Origin: Antedon mediterranea
Lineage: Eukaryota; Animalia; Echinodermata
Length of the DNA: 64,000 bases
Direction: 5' to 3'
Assembly: GCF_964355755.1 (NCBI RefSeq)
Contig: NC_092672.1
Coordinates: forward strand, 27,348,437-27,412,436
Every line of letters begins with the position of its first letter. Positions within the stretch are counted from its first letter, which is position 1. The notes beneath the pieces were generated by a model. The model was not told the DNA's origin. It worked only from the letters and a program-made list of their open reading frames with translations, and did no database searches. Made by a program: the position numbers and the translations under genes. Of this stretch, positions 37,601 to 49,410 are shown in pieces.

Positions 37601-40600
37601 CTGATTATAAGAGATATAAAATCAAATATAAATTTAATTTGTGACACAGGAGTTTTGAACTCGCAATTGTTTGATGCATGTGCATGTGAATGATAACTTT
37701 TAAAGCTTGTTTTCCAGAAGTGAATAATATTTACATGAATCAATCAAACTTTCCTGAGTTCTGATTCGTTGTGTTTTTTTTCGTTAAATGAATCTAAGAA
37801 TATGCATGCGCATATACGGATGCTTTAGATTTGATTGAAGTCACTAAGTGGAAAACATGCTAAAGACTTAGACGTAGAGGCCCAGGCTATAATAACACTC
37901 ACGATGATGGGATTATTCTCATTCAAAAGGAGACCTAACATAAATTATCATTTACAGTGGTGGATCCAGAAATTTCACATAAAGCTGGAGGTAAAAAAGT
38001 ATAAAAATAGAAATATGTATATATTAACTATAATTAGTAATATGAATTTAGTACTAACAAAGACACCAGCCTTGTAAAGGCGCTTTTCAAATGTAGTTTC
38101 ACACACCTTTAAAATGTTACAGCTTTCACAATACTTTTTTAAGGTCACTACCATTTTTAAAACTATTGTTCTTTTTAGTATACCAAAGTTTTAAAACAAT
38201 CCCATCAAAAACAAATGAAAGCCGTGATTGTAGGCTTTCGTTTTTTGCCAAGTCTACCAATGGTCTAAATATGTCAAAGGATGTTGATATTTTGGATCCG
38301 ATTTTGTCTGATTTGAACTTTGACCTTCAGAACCTACTGTATATTCTTACCTGTTATTCTCACATTACAAGGGACTCCTATTGGACGCTCTCCTACAACA
38401 TCATCTTCATATATGTCACCTAACTTGATGTTTTTAGTAGTAAACTAAAAAAAATATAATAATTCATTTCGAATTGATCAGAGTACTAAAATAACTAAGT
38501 AAAGCTTGACATAATATTCAGAATTAGCCACTACCGCACTTAACTAAAATCAAAGATTTTACGAGGCTTTTATGAGGTTAATTTGGATATTCTGCTAATT
38601 TTGGTCACAGTGCCTGCACATGCGATGCTATTCACAGTTTTGTTCAACCGAAGGTCAACGCAACTCAACTGCTCTCATGTCACAACTGTGCGTTACTTTG
38701 ACTTACTGCAAGTTGCCTTCTGTTGCTTAGAGCGTGCATGTTAATTTATGGCTGGGCCAACGCTATTCAATCAAAGTTATGAAAGCAACTCAGTATCTCA
38801 TGTCATTGAGTTGCGTTCTGTTACTCGGAGTGCTCATGTCAACCTGTCGAATTGAATTCCATGTAGAACATTTTAGCCAACCTTAACATATAAGTATACT
38901 TACTCTTTCTAGTAATCTTGGAAAGCTATAAAAACATATTCGTCCTTTCCGATGATAAGAGATTAATTTATTTTCTGAAATATTTACATCTAAAACATCA
39001 TTTCCAAATATCTAGTGAACAGAATCAAAAAATCTATAAAATAAGCTTAACTCTAAATAAAAAGACAGATCACATAATGATCATTAAAATAAAGAAAAAG
39101 GGAAAATATCTAAAATAAACAAGTAATAATAATTATTTGGTGCATGTTGATTAAAATTAATGTGTTTTGTGACTATTTTATTTTGTCAAAAGTTGCTAAA
39201 TTATAGATTTGCAAAAAACACCATAAAGTACAATACAACAGATGTTACCTTTTTATTTATTTCAAACATGGCAATTAGTTGAAATGGGTAAACTTGAAAA
39301 ACAGCTAAGGCCAACCACGACACCTGGCCACCATCCTCCTAAATAACAAAGAATGGATTATATTGCTAGGATGAAAAGAAATCCATGTACTGTATTGAAA
39401 TAATTACACTGTTACTTTCAGACTAGGGGTCATAGCAAAGAAATTGTATGCAGTAGAATTTCTCCTTTGAGACACCCCTTAGGAGGAGACACCCCTTAGG
39501 AGGCACTCCTATCAAGGGGAAATTTTTGTGGGTTTAAGAATGTGTTCCCTTAATATGGGTTTCTAATAGTGAATTGCAATGTAATCACAGCTTAAAAATT
39601 GATTTACTGTGTAGAGAGATACCGATTTTAGAATATTCTAGTATGGCTTGTCTTCCTCAGTTTGTTGGTGATTCAATTCCCCCAGAAAAAGATCAGTAAA
39701 GAGCCACAAAATTTGCTGTTGAAATTAAATCTCAACCATACAGTGACCGCATGAAATTTATGAAACTGGCATCTTTAGCATTTCGAAGAAAGAGGTCTTG
39801 CTGCTTACAGATTTTTAGAATGATAAAAAAGTATGATAATGTTAATCCGGGTGTCTTTTTTGAATTAGCACCATCTACTATAACTAGAGGCCACAATTTT
39901 TAAATTTAAAAAAGTTCAAGTAAAATCAAAACACAGACAGAAATTCTTTACAATGTCTGCAGTAAATGATTGGAATAGTTTGCCATATCATATAGTAATG
40001 CATACTTTTGAAACACACTGGAAAACCCACAACCTAAAGTTTGAGCCATATAACCAAGATGTTCAAAGAGGGACTCCAAACCTTAACAGGTTTATAGTCT
40101 AAAGGTCAAGGTAAATCAAGGTAAAATTATGGCTACATCAGATTGGCCAAGAAGATTTTTGTTTGAATTTAAGTCTATGTCTGTGTTGAGAATGTCAATG
40201 TGAGAACAGTCTAATTGTGTGAAGTGAAATTGAAAGGTTCCTACTATGAAAATAGGATTCATTTTCAATCCAACACAGAGGTTTGCTGCTTAAGATGCAC
40301 CAATAAAAAGGCTTTTCTGTTCTTGTGTTGATTGGATCTAGCAACTGTAAAATTAGAATGACAATTAAAAATCTATCATAGTTTAAATAAATTTAAATAC
40401 TAACATTTTTAAAGTTTGTAGACTTGATGACGACAGTTTCCAATATCTCATCCCATGACAAATATCTAGAAGATAACAAAAAAATTGTTTAGTTAAAACG
40501 GTTTTATTTTATTCTCATTTTAGGAATCCACATGGAGTATATTCCACTGATTACTAGTGTTTCCTCACCATACAATAAGAGAGTAGTAGTCAATACCGTA

Positions 40601-43349
40601 TTCACTTTTCTATCGGTTGTAGCACTTGCAACATCCGACTGCACCACCCTTTCGCAATGCAAAATCGTGTGTGATTTATACAATTGTTATTTATTTTTTC
40701 AAATCTCCACTGAAGCATATCGAAAAAAATTCCACAGGTTAGTCCAAGTTCATTCGTACAAACCAATAATCACAAAATGTTTTCAACATGCTAGTTTTTC
40801 CGTCTTTTTTCCAAAAAAATATATTCTATTTTAAAAAATGTGAAAATCCTTTGCTTTTTTCTACCCGAAATTAATAAGTAGGCTAGTAAGAGTCTATAGG
40901 CTGAAAGTTCTATCTATAATTATGGAGAAAAGACTACTGTACAAGTTTTTTATTTCTACTCCTAGCCATGTGTCTATAAACTCAAGAGTAACAACATGTC
41001 TGTATATGATTGGCAATTGGGAGTTAATAACAACTGAATCACCACCGATTACGATTTACTATATCACAATGTAATGCACGTCTCAATTGGGTATAGTTGT
41101 AAATTTAGCAATTGTATAAAACATACTTAAATTTATATTTTCTTGACAAGTAAACAGATTGTAAAACTTCGCCAGTGTCAAGATGAACTCTTTGTAGCAG
41201 ATTGTTTGAAGTTAGAACTAGAAGATGAGGTTGATAACCTTGGAACTTTATCATACTTGGTTCAAGGTTGTCCTAAAATAAATGCATGACAGATTAGTGA
41301 GTTTCAAATTTGCTATGACAGACAGCCTAGCAACAAGTTAGACTATGTCAATTGATTTGTCGTCAGTTGTTGTCTGGACCTAGAAATCATTAAAACTGTG
41401 TGGAGTAGGGAACATAGTTAGGTTGTCACAAGCTCTCTATAGTGCTGGCAAGGCCGTAGCGAGAGGTTAAAATCAATTTAAATGTTTTATAAATTTTTGA
41501 CACAAAATAACTTCTAGTATCTACTGTACCACATTCACACTGCATAGTAATGCATTTTTATACTCTACTCCTTGATTTGCAGACTTTTTGTACAACAAGC
41601 CTGGAAATCCATTGAAGCCATTACTGAAAACAAACAAAAAGAATACTGTACTAGATTATTTCTTATACTTTTTTTTTAAAGAAGACTTTTCTCTTTTTTT
41701 CTGTTTTTAAACATAAATTCTTGCTAAAACCTACTACTAATATAAACAAAATTCAACTAAACAAACACATTTGCATAAGAGAGGCAGGTCTAAGGGTTAG
41801 ACAATGTGTGACCAGTTGATTAAGAATTTTGTTTTCAATTTTTTAATGCCCATATCCAAAAAACCAAAAAAAAGTTTTTTTTTTCATTTGTTTTGGTTAG
41901 CGTTGGACTATTTATTTATGGCATATTTCAGACCTTTATCATTTGACTATTAAACTATAAAGGTTTTTTTAATGTGAAGCATACCTATTTTTCAACATAA
42001 TAATCGGTTCTTACCAAGCATAACATGTTTTGTAATTGTCCAAATACAATCTTTTTCTGGAATAAAAAAGACTGTGATTTAAGCCTATTTTCCAACATTT
42101 CACATAGAAAATTACTGCATTTTCACCGCAACAGTTTGGTGAGCTTTTCAATTTCGCATTTTTGCTCATGAATGACGTGATGACACATTTTTTGAGCTCT
42201 TGTTGATTGTGCAATTTTTCGCTTCAAATAAAAAAACTCAAGGAATTGATTTAAAAGAAAGGGATTTAAAAGATAGAAACATGAAAACGCATGCATAAAT
42301 AAGCTGACGCATGCGATTTGCGCTTCAAATTCATCTAGTGTTAAACAGGCTTTATTAAACTGTGTATTAATCTATTGTAATGAATTGGAAAGTTTTCTGA
42401 AGTATTTTTTATTATATTGGTGGCGCATTAAGTCGCATTTCATAGGCCTTTGTTTTGCTTTCGCAACACCCTCGCCTGACAGCAGGTGGATTTTTCTATC
42501 TACTTTTGCATCTTTTATAACAAGAATGAATTTGCACGAATTCAGGATTTCCTAACTAACTAGTTGTCAAAATAATCAGACAAATAAAATAATAAGGTCT
42601 ATATTATTGAATGGATACTTACTCCTCATACAAAATATGGGATCTTGATTGAATTTGCCATACTTTCTTGTATTTAGCAGATTTCTACAACAAAATATAA
42701 TCTACATCATTAAGTCAAAGAAGCTTTAATCATGGAGCTATAAATATTATAGCTCCATGTTTGCTTTAATAATTGTGCAGTAGGCATATCTAAATTCAAA
42801 TAAAATGATACTCCAAAGTCCTCACTAGGCCTACTACAGCTACTACTAGCACAACTATACTATTACAATACTATAGCAGTAGGCCTTGTATTAATAATAT
42901 ACTATTCATTAGGCCTAGAGAGCATTACAAACCATTATACTAAATGATACTATGGAGTATCCTAGCACAACTATTAGGCCTAACTACAAATCTATGGCTA
43001 TGCTACTTCCAATCAATAATGTCCTCTCTAGGCCTAGGACTAAACCAGAGACTACCCTAGAGCCTAATCTAGATAGGCCTAGGCCTAGTAGATTTGAGTG
43101 TGGCGCTGCCTCCTTCCTTCTTTTTTCTAGTTCTAGTAGGCTAGCCTTTCAATTTTCATTGTTCAGTAGGCCTAGCCTAGCTAGTATAGGAGGCCTGCAG
43201 GCCTATATATTGTATTGATATTATCAAAATAAAAGGTATTAAAAGGCAATAAGTACCTGTAGTATCAACTTCCTAAGTATCCTACAATTTTTCCGATAAT
43301 TTCTGCCATTTATTCTTTCTCTTTCAAATATTTGTTTCACTACACTCAT
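34694..43349 (-). CDS. DCAF17: DDB1- and CUL4-associated factor 17, intact, 14 exons, 491 aa. Exons: 43349-43257, 42684-42623, 42056-42015, 41623-41530, 41272-41127, 40465-40405, 39338-39249, 39011-38904, 38444-38351, 37600-37461, 36808-36696, 36066-35895, 35569-35423, 34807-34694
   Basis: All introns GT-AG with consistent phases, 1476-nt open frame. Peptides match recalled vertebrate DCAF17 in order: RLYLDNY, YLSWD, LAVFQVYPF..FEINKK IFGN, GVPCNVRIT, IGGFPWHYI, FHWDESGRIIHTGPN, TSSGRVV, ENELDLL. Confidence 0.92.
39630..40125 (+). mobile_element. CR1-like LINE 3' fragment in DCAF17-B intron 6
   Basis: Remnants IQRA(T)K-like, TRGHNF and AVNDWNSLP; tail of CAAGGTAAA repeats. Boundaries approximate. 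Confidence 0.65.
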
Positions 43350-46181
43350 CCCGCATGCTTCCTCCAAAAAACAACAGTAGTAGTCCCTGGATTGTTACAG
43401 TTGACTGCACACACACAACAAAATAGGAGGAGCTGAGTTTTGGTGCTGCTACTACCCTGGAAAATGGATTGAGAACTACTGGAGATTTAACTTTATATCG
43501 TCAACTTTAACTGTGCTGATAAATGAACAAATGTCCATGCTTAAAAATTGCGACTTTTTAAAAATATACATGTTTAATCTACATAATTGAAAAAGGATGA
43601 ATAAAATAAAAGTTTAAAGTTAAGGTAGGCCTACAGGCATGAATTTTAAATTTAATTTCTGGTTAATTGTAAATCAAATATTTTGTAACAGAAATCAAGA
43701 CGAAAAAACATGAATTTCCCTTAAAATGGTCAAATACAACATTTGGAAAAATTCTGCTATCAAAACCAGGAAGACCTTTTTCAGTAGTTAGGTAGTTTAA
43801 CCTATTAAAATATGTTGGATATACGGTGGATTATTTTTGCTATAGCATGAAAATAAAACTCTGAAGTTGTGTAGTTTGTGTACAAAAGAATAGAGATTTT
43901 ACTGTGCTATTTGAACTATCCTCCCACTGATAAGAAAGTGCTTATATTCAACAAGCTCGTGTAACACAAATAAAATCTCAAACATTATGAAACAGGGGAA
44001 ACTATAAATTATTGGAATATATGATCAATAGAACCTGGCCTTTAAACAACTCTGTAGTTTAACAGGCCAAAATTATTCACTTTGACTACTAAAACATGTT
44101 CATCGTTATGTTCAATTAATTATTGCCTTGTTTTTCGGATGAGATTTAAAGCTATTGGCCAACTTGTTCGAGTAGCTTCTACCGGATAAAATGCAACAGC
44201 AAGTACTGGCGAAGATCCAGGGATTTTTTGTTTGCTTCTCGTGGGTAACTATTTTTATTTTTATTTTTTTTTTGGACAATTATAAATAATAATTAATAAA
44301 GCACAAAGCACACTGTCAAACAAAGTCATTTCAAGGTTTACAAGGTTTATTTGCATTGTCAGTCGTTAACACATATCTATCAATACATCTGCGTTAATAA
44401 TTAATGAGCAGTATGGGCATAAATGGACACCGTACAACCATTCCATCTCCATCCGATAACTTGGATACGGCCCTGTCATGTTTGCATGAACAATGTGTAT
44501 ACTAAATACTAAATAAAATATATAAAATGATTATAATTATTCAAAACGTATACATGTGTTCACAATACGTTTGAAAATGTCTATTGGAAACGTCCAAAAC
44601 ACCGATAAATATGGATATAAAACCTTTTGAAAACGTGTTTGTGTTTGGTTTGTGTTTGGTTTGTGTTTGGTAGGATAGGATGCTGCTGTAAATAATTAAT
44701 GTACATTTGTTACTACATTGTATTGTGATACTGTGTAACGTGTAACCATGACAATTTAGCAACGACATGTATAAACATAAATGGATTCCGCTTAATTACC
44801 AAACCACCACCTGGGCTTAATTACTAAACCACCACCTGGAAAGGCTACTTGAAAAGGCTACTCGATAACCAGTCAGGTTGGTGAGCTGGAGTAGCCCTTT
44901 AAGTAGCCTCATGGGACAAGTTGCCCTCTGTATGTAAAGACGATAACATAGCTGCAGGCGGAGTGACATTCCCGTTAATACAACATGGCAGTTGTACAGT
45001 ATGTATGGACAACTCAGTTTCACCTGGCGCAGTATTGGTCTAACCACAAAAAAAAAACATAAAAAAGCATAAATAAGCAGAATATAGCATTTATATCTTT
45101 TGCACATTTAGGCACATAATGATTTCTTATATATAACCTCTTTCCTATTTTTTTTTTTGCATAGCTTATGTTTTGCTATTGTGCGCATTTTGAGCAATAA
45201 TAATGCCGTTTTATTAATAACATGTCAATATATTAATGTTAATATATTCTGACATGCTTTAAAGTGTTGCTTAAGATGCTTAAACTGCTAAATATTATTA
45301 TGCCATGCTGTTAATGTGTTGCTTAAGCTGCTAATATTATAACATACATAAATAATCAGAATATAGCATTTAGATCTTTACTAATTTATGTGTTGCTTAA
45401 GCTGTTACAACTTAGGATAATTAGGCTGAAACTGCTAAATATATTATGATATTCTGTAAAGTTTAGCTTAGTTGCTGAAACTGCTAATAATCTGACAATT
45501 TAGTACGGAAAGCAAACCTACTTTCTAAATCTTTGAGAAAAAGGTTATGCGCGATTTACCTAAATTTGTCCATACAAATACAACTTTTTGTCCTATAAAA
45601 CCATACATCAATTATACGTACGCTTTAATTGCAATTGCCCGATGACTATTGAATATAGGAACTTTGGCGTACTGGAAGTTGTAAAAAATGTACACAAAGC
45701 GAATAATTACAAACACAATATGATTCTGTATCCAAATATAAGGTACAAACTATTTAGAGAGTTATGTTTTTATATTTAAGGCATATTTTACAGTAAAAAA
45801 AAACATTTTTTAATGGTTAAAATATTGCCAATCCGCCCATAACCAAAATCTTTATAAATAAACAATACCTAAAGCACAGCAATCTATTAAGATTAATCGT
45901 TAGGATTTTAAAAGTTCAGAAACAAACTGCTCGGACTTCGAACAATTTACACATTGTAACTAATTGTTTAATTCTGTTAATTTTTAACTTTTGTTGTAAA
46001 GATAGGCAGCATAATACGAGACCTTTAGCCAAAGACACACTATCTTTATTGATATAACCTTTCACACTTTGGTAGGATTGGAGTTTGATCATATAGAATT
46101 GCTGTCGACACCTCTTTGTCTATATCTACCCGTATTGTACGATTAAACTTTCTCCAAGTTTAAATTGCCATAAATGCAATT

Positions 46182-48179
46182 ATGACAGGCGTAGACAATT
46201 CAAGCAGTGACGAATTGGATACATTTGCAGATGGACTACTCAGAATGGCCAATGGATCAAGATATCTTTATGTTGCTAGCGATAAAGTTGACCAGAAAAT
46301 ATGGGATATTGCTTTTAACCAATTACCTTGCATAACTTATCAAAAATATCGGGTCGGGAGTCTGAATGAAGCACTGCCTACTTCAATATGTGGAGATCTT
46401 GATGTCATGTATAACCACTCAGTTTATCCAGTTGTATTGTGGCCATATGAACCAGCAAAGAAGTATCATAAAGGTGGTTATGTAATGGCTGAGCAAAATC
46501 CATACGAACCAGCTCATTTAACACTGAAAGTAAACAGCAACTGGCCCTTGGATGCGTCTTTAAAACACGTTGCTGATAAGAATGGTTATATAATGCCTGA
46601 TAATATTATAAATGCAGATGAATTCGCTAAATTCGATAACTCCAGAAGACGTGGACCTTCGGTAGAAACTATTTCTGGTGATGGTTCTACAACTGATAAC
46701 GTATCCTGTTTTAAATCCCAGTCACTACCATTACAATTAGTGAACTATTTTACAAGAGAAAGACGAAATAACTGGCCAACACAAGCAATTTTAAGAAAAC
46801 TTTCTAAGGTTGATTATCTGGTGGTTGGTGTTGGCCACCCAAGAAGTGCATCAAAAGACATTGAATGGAGATTATCATTTTCACTAGCTGAACGAGAAAT
46901 CTGTTTTGAACTCAGTGAGCCGTATGTTGAATGCATGTGTGCCTTAAAAGCAACAAAATCTTTAGTGGTTTTTAGTGAATCTGATTCAAAACCGTTCTGT
47001 TCCTACTTTATTAAGACAGCTTGCTTCTGGATGTGTGAGACTTTTCCCTTTAAAGGGCACAGCACTATGGACTTGACTAGAAAGACATTTGATTGGCTAA
47101 TAAAATGCTATCAACAAAGATACCTTCCTCATTATTTTATTCAGCAACAGAATTTAATTGGACATTTATCAAGGGAAATTTGTGAAGAAGTTATAGTTTC
47201 ATTAAAAGCAGTTAAGAGAGACCTTTGGAGCAATGTGATGTCTGGTATTGCAGTTGATGTTGGTGACTTTATCAACAAAAATATTTGTAAACAATTCAAA
47301 ATCGGTGAACGCCTATATGTCCCCAGGGACTATGCAACGATAGAGGATTTCTTACGGAAAAGCAAAGATAACATTGAGAAGGCAAACCAGATTTTAGGCA
47401 TGGGTAATGATGATTTTGCTATTGAAGAACGACTATTAGTATTAACTACTTTGTGTTTTTCACAATTTAGTCAAATCTTCCAAGAATATATGCATGAAAA
47501 AGCTGATCCTTTGGAATTGCTTAGACATAAACTAGACGATATGATTGTATTACTCTTAGAAAGTGATGAAATACCGACCGGCTACAAGAAAGTCTTTAAG
47601 CACAGTTTGTATTGCTGTTTAGGAGACAGTTGCATAGGATTACTTACACATTTACAAAGTACTGGGAAAGATGATCTGGATGGCTACCTCAATAAGCCAT
47701 TGGAATATTATGAGAATGGATTGGACTTTGAGTACCCTAATGGATGGAGTGATAAGGGTATCGGTACTCAAATTAATGTGATTAAATATTACTATTTAAT
47801 GAATGATGAAGAAAAACTGAAAGAGATGCTTGCTAAGTTTGAACCAGTACTTAGCAAAGTGAAGCGGAACAAAGCTGTAATGACAAAACTAAGAAAAATT
47901 CCAGTAGATGCGACACGACCCTTGGATATCTTGCCTTGGAAGAACATGGTTGACAAGGACATATTTATTATTTCTAAGAGTTCACACAGATATTTGATCA
48001 TTAATCTAATTATTTTCATTTTTTATGTTAATGCAAAAATTGCACTAAAAGAGGGAGATAGGGATAGGGCAACTGAAAATTTAAAGGAAATGAAGTCAAG
48101 TTTGCATGTGATTGATTATCCAGATAAACCAGCAACACGATCATTAATTAATATTATAGAACAGAAAATGGTCAATTGA
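46182..48179 (+). CDS. cGAS-like receptor / Mab-21 family nucleotidyltransferase, intronless, 665 aa
   Basis: NTase signature VGSLNE...GDLDVM; Mab-21 motifs GPSV, WP, EWRLSFSLAE, SYFIKTACFWMCE, LPHYFI..NLI; about 300-aa C-terminal extension. Confidence 0.88.
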   Translation: MTGVDNSSSDELDTFADGLLRMANGSRYLYVASDKVDQKIWDIAFNQLPCITYQKYRVGSLNEALPTSICGDLDVMYNHSVYPVVLWPYEPAKKYHKGGYVMAEQNPYEPAHLTLKVNSNWPLDASLKHVADKNGYIMPDNIINADEFAKFDNSRRRGPSVETISGDGSTTDNVSCFKSQSLPLQLVNYFTRERRNNWPTQAILRKLSKVDYLVVGVGHPRSASKDIEWRLSFSLAEREICFELSEPYVECMCALKATKSLVVFSESDSKPFCSYFIKTACFWMCETFPFKGHSTMDLTRKTFDWLIKCYQQRYLPHYFIQQQNLIGHLSREICEEVIVSLKAVKRDLWSNVMSGIAVDVGDFINKNICKQFKIGERLYVPRDYATIEDFLRKSKDNIEKANQILGMGNDDFAIEERLLVLTTLCFSQFSQIFQEYMHEKADPLELLRHKLDDMIVLLLESDEIPTGYKKVFKHSLYCCLGDSCIGLLTHLQSTGKDDLDGYLNKPLEYYENGLDFEYPNGWSDKGIGTQINVIKYYYLMNDEEKLKEMLAKFEPVLSKVKRNKAVMTKLRKIPVDATRPLDILPWKNMVDKDIFIISKSSHRYLIINLIIFIFYVNAKIALKEGDRDRATENLKEMKSSLHVIDYPDKPATRSLINIIEQKMVN

Positions 48180-48840
48180 TTGTAAAGATGTGGCTTTTTT
48201 TCAGATAGCTTGAACAGTATGTACTTAGAGCGGCCAGTATTTTGATGATAGAGTCAAACAATGCATGTTATCAACCAAAGTTACATGTTTGTAAACAGAA
48301 ACTTTTACTGTAATATGATTCTAAATGTGTCAAATACAAATGTGTTCATCTTCAGTTTATTTTTATTGCAAAAATATCTTTAACTATTTAACTGTTTGCT
48401 TCTTCAGGCAGTCAGTGTTGCTATTGCTATGACAATATAATTATAACTAAACTATAAATACCAAATATTCCTTTCAAATCCTAAACACTACGTAAATGTG
48501 TAGGTTAATGCAGGTCTATCAAATTACATTTTTTCTAAAGTATTGTATGTATCTTTTTTTTTTTATAAAAAATAAAATTTAAAAATAAATGAATACTGCA
48601 TGTTGTTTTATTTATGTGTAGTACTGTATTTCTAAAATTATGGTTACAACATTTTCAATCTGAAAATGTTGAATGTTAATTGTTTGAGCACATCACTATA
48701 GGTATTCGCAGAAACCTGTAGAATTATTTGATTTCAAGTTCCACAATTTTCATCAGGTAGTGACGAATAGTGTGAAAATTCTGAAATTTACAAGTTGTTA
48801 TTCTTCAGTTCACAATATTGTTTTGCTTTTCTTTTTCTAG

Positions 48841-49410
48841 TGGTATTACTTATTTATTCAAAGAAACTAAGGATTGGAATTGTGAGCCACTAGCACTAGG
48901 CCAGAAACTATGGGATATTTCTTTTAATCAATTACCCTGCATAACATATCAAAAATATATGATGGGAAGTTATTTCGAATCTATGTCTGAGATAATAAGT
49001 GGAGTTAAAGATTACATGTATAGCTACTCACATTATCCAGTTGTATTGTGGCCATTTGAACTAGCAAGGAAGTGTCATAAAGGTGGCTATGTAATGGCTG
49101 AGATGAATCCAAGACAACCAGCCTTTTTTACATTGAAAGTAAACAGCTGGCTTTTGAGTGAGTCTTTAAATAATGCTGTGAAGAATAATATATAATATAA
49201 TAATAATATAATGCCCGATGCTTTTATAATGGCAGATGAATTCTTTTATTCTCTTAACTCCAGGAAAACACGGTCCTTCAGTAGAAGTACTTAAAAAAGC
49301 TTTAATACAGATAGAACATTATATTTGAAAAGTCAGTCATGCCCATTTCATTCAAAAGATTTTTGACAAAATAGTTGGCCAACACAAGATATTTTAATAA
49401 AAAATTCTGA
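48841..49410 (+). pseudogene. Truncated, degenerate duplicate of the cGLR N-terminal region
   Basis: QKLWDISFNQLPCITYQKY..YPVVLWP..HKGGYVMAE matches 46290-46560. Stop in an AAT-repeat expansion, then frameshifted homology (MPD, GPSVE, WPTQDIL). Confidence 0.85.
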
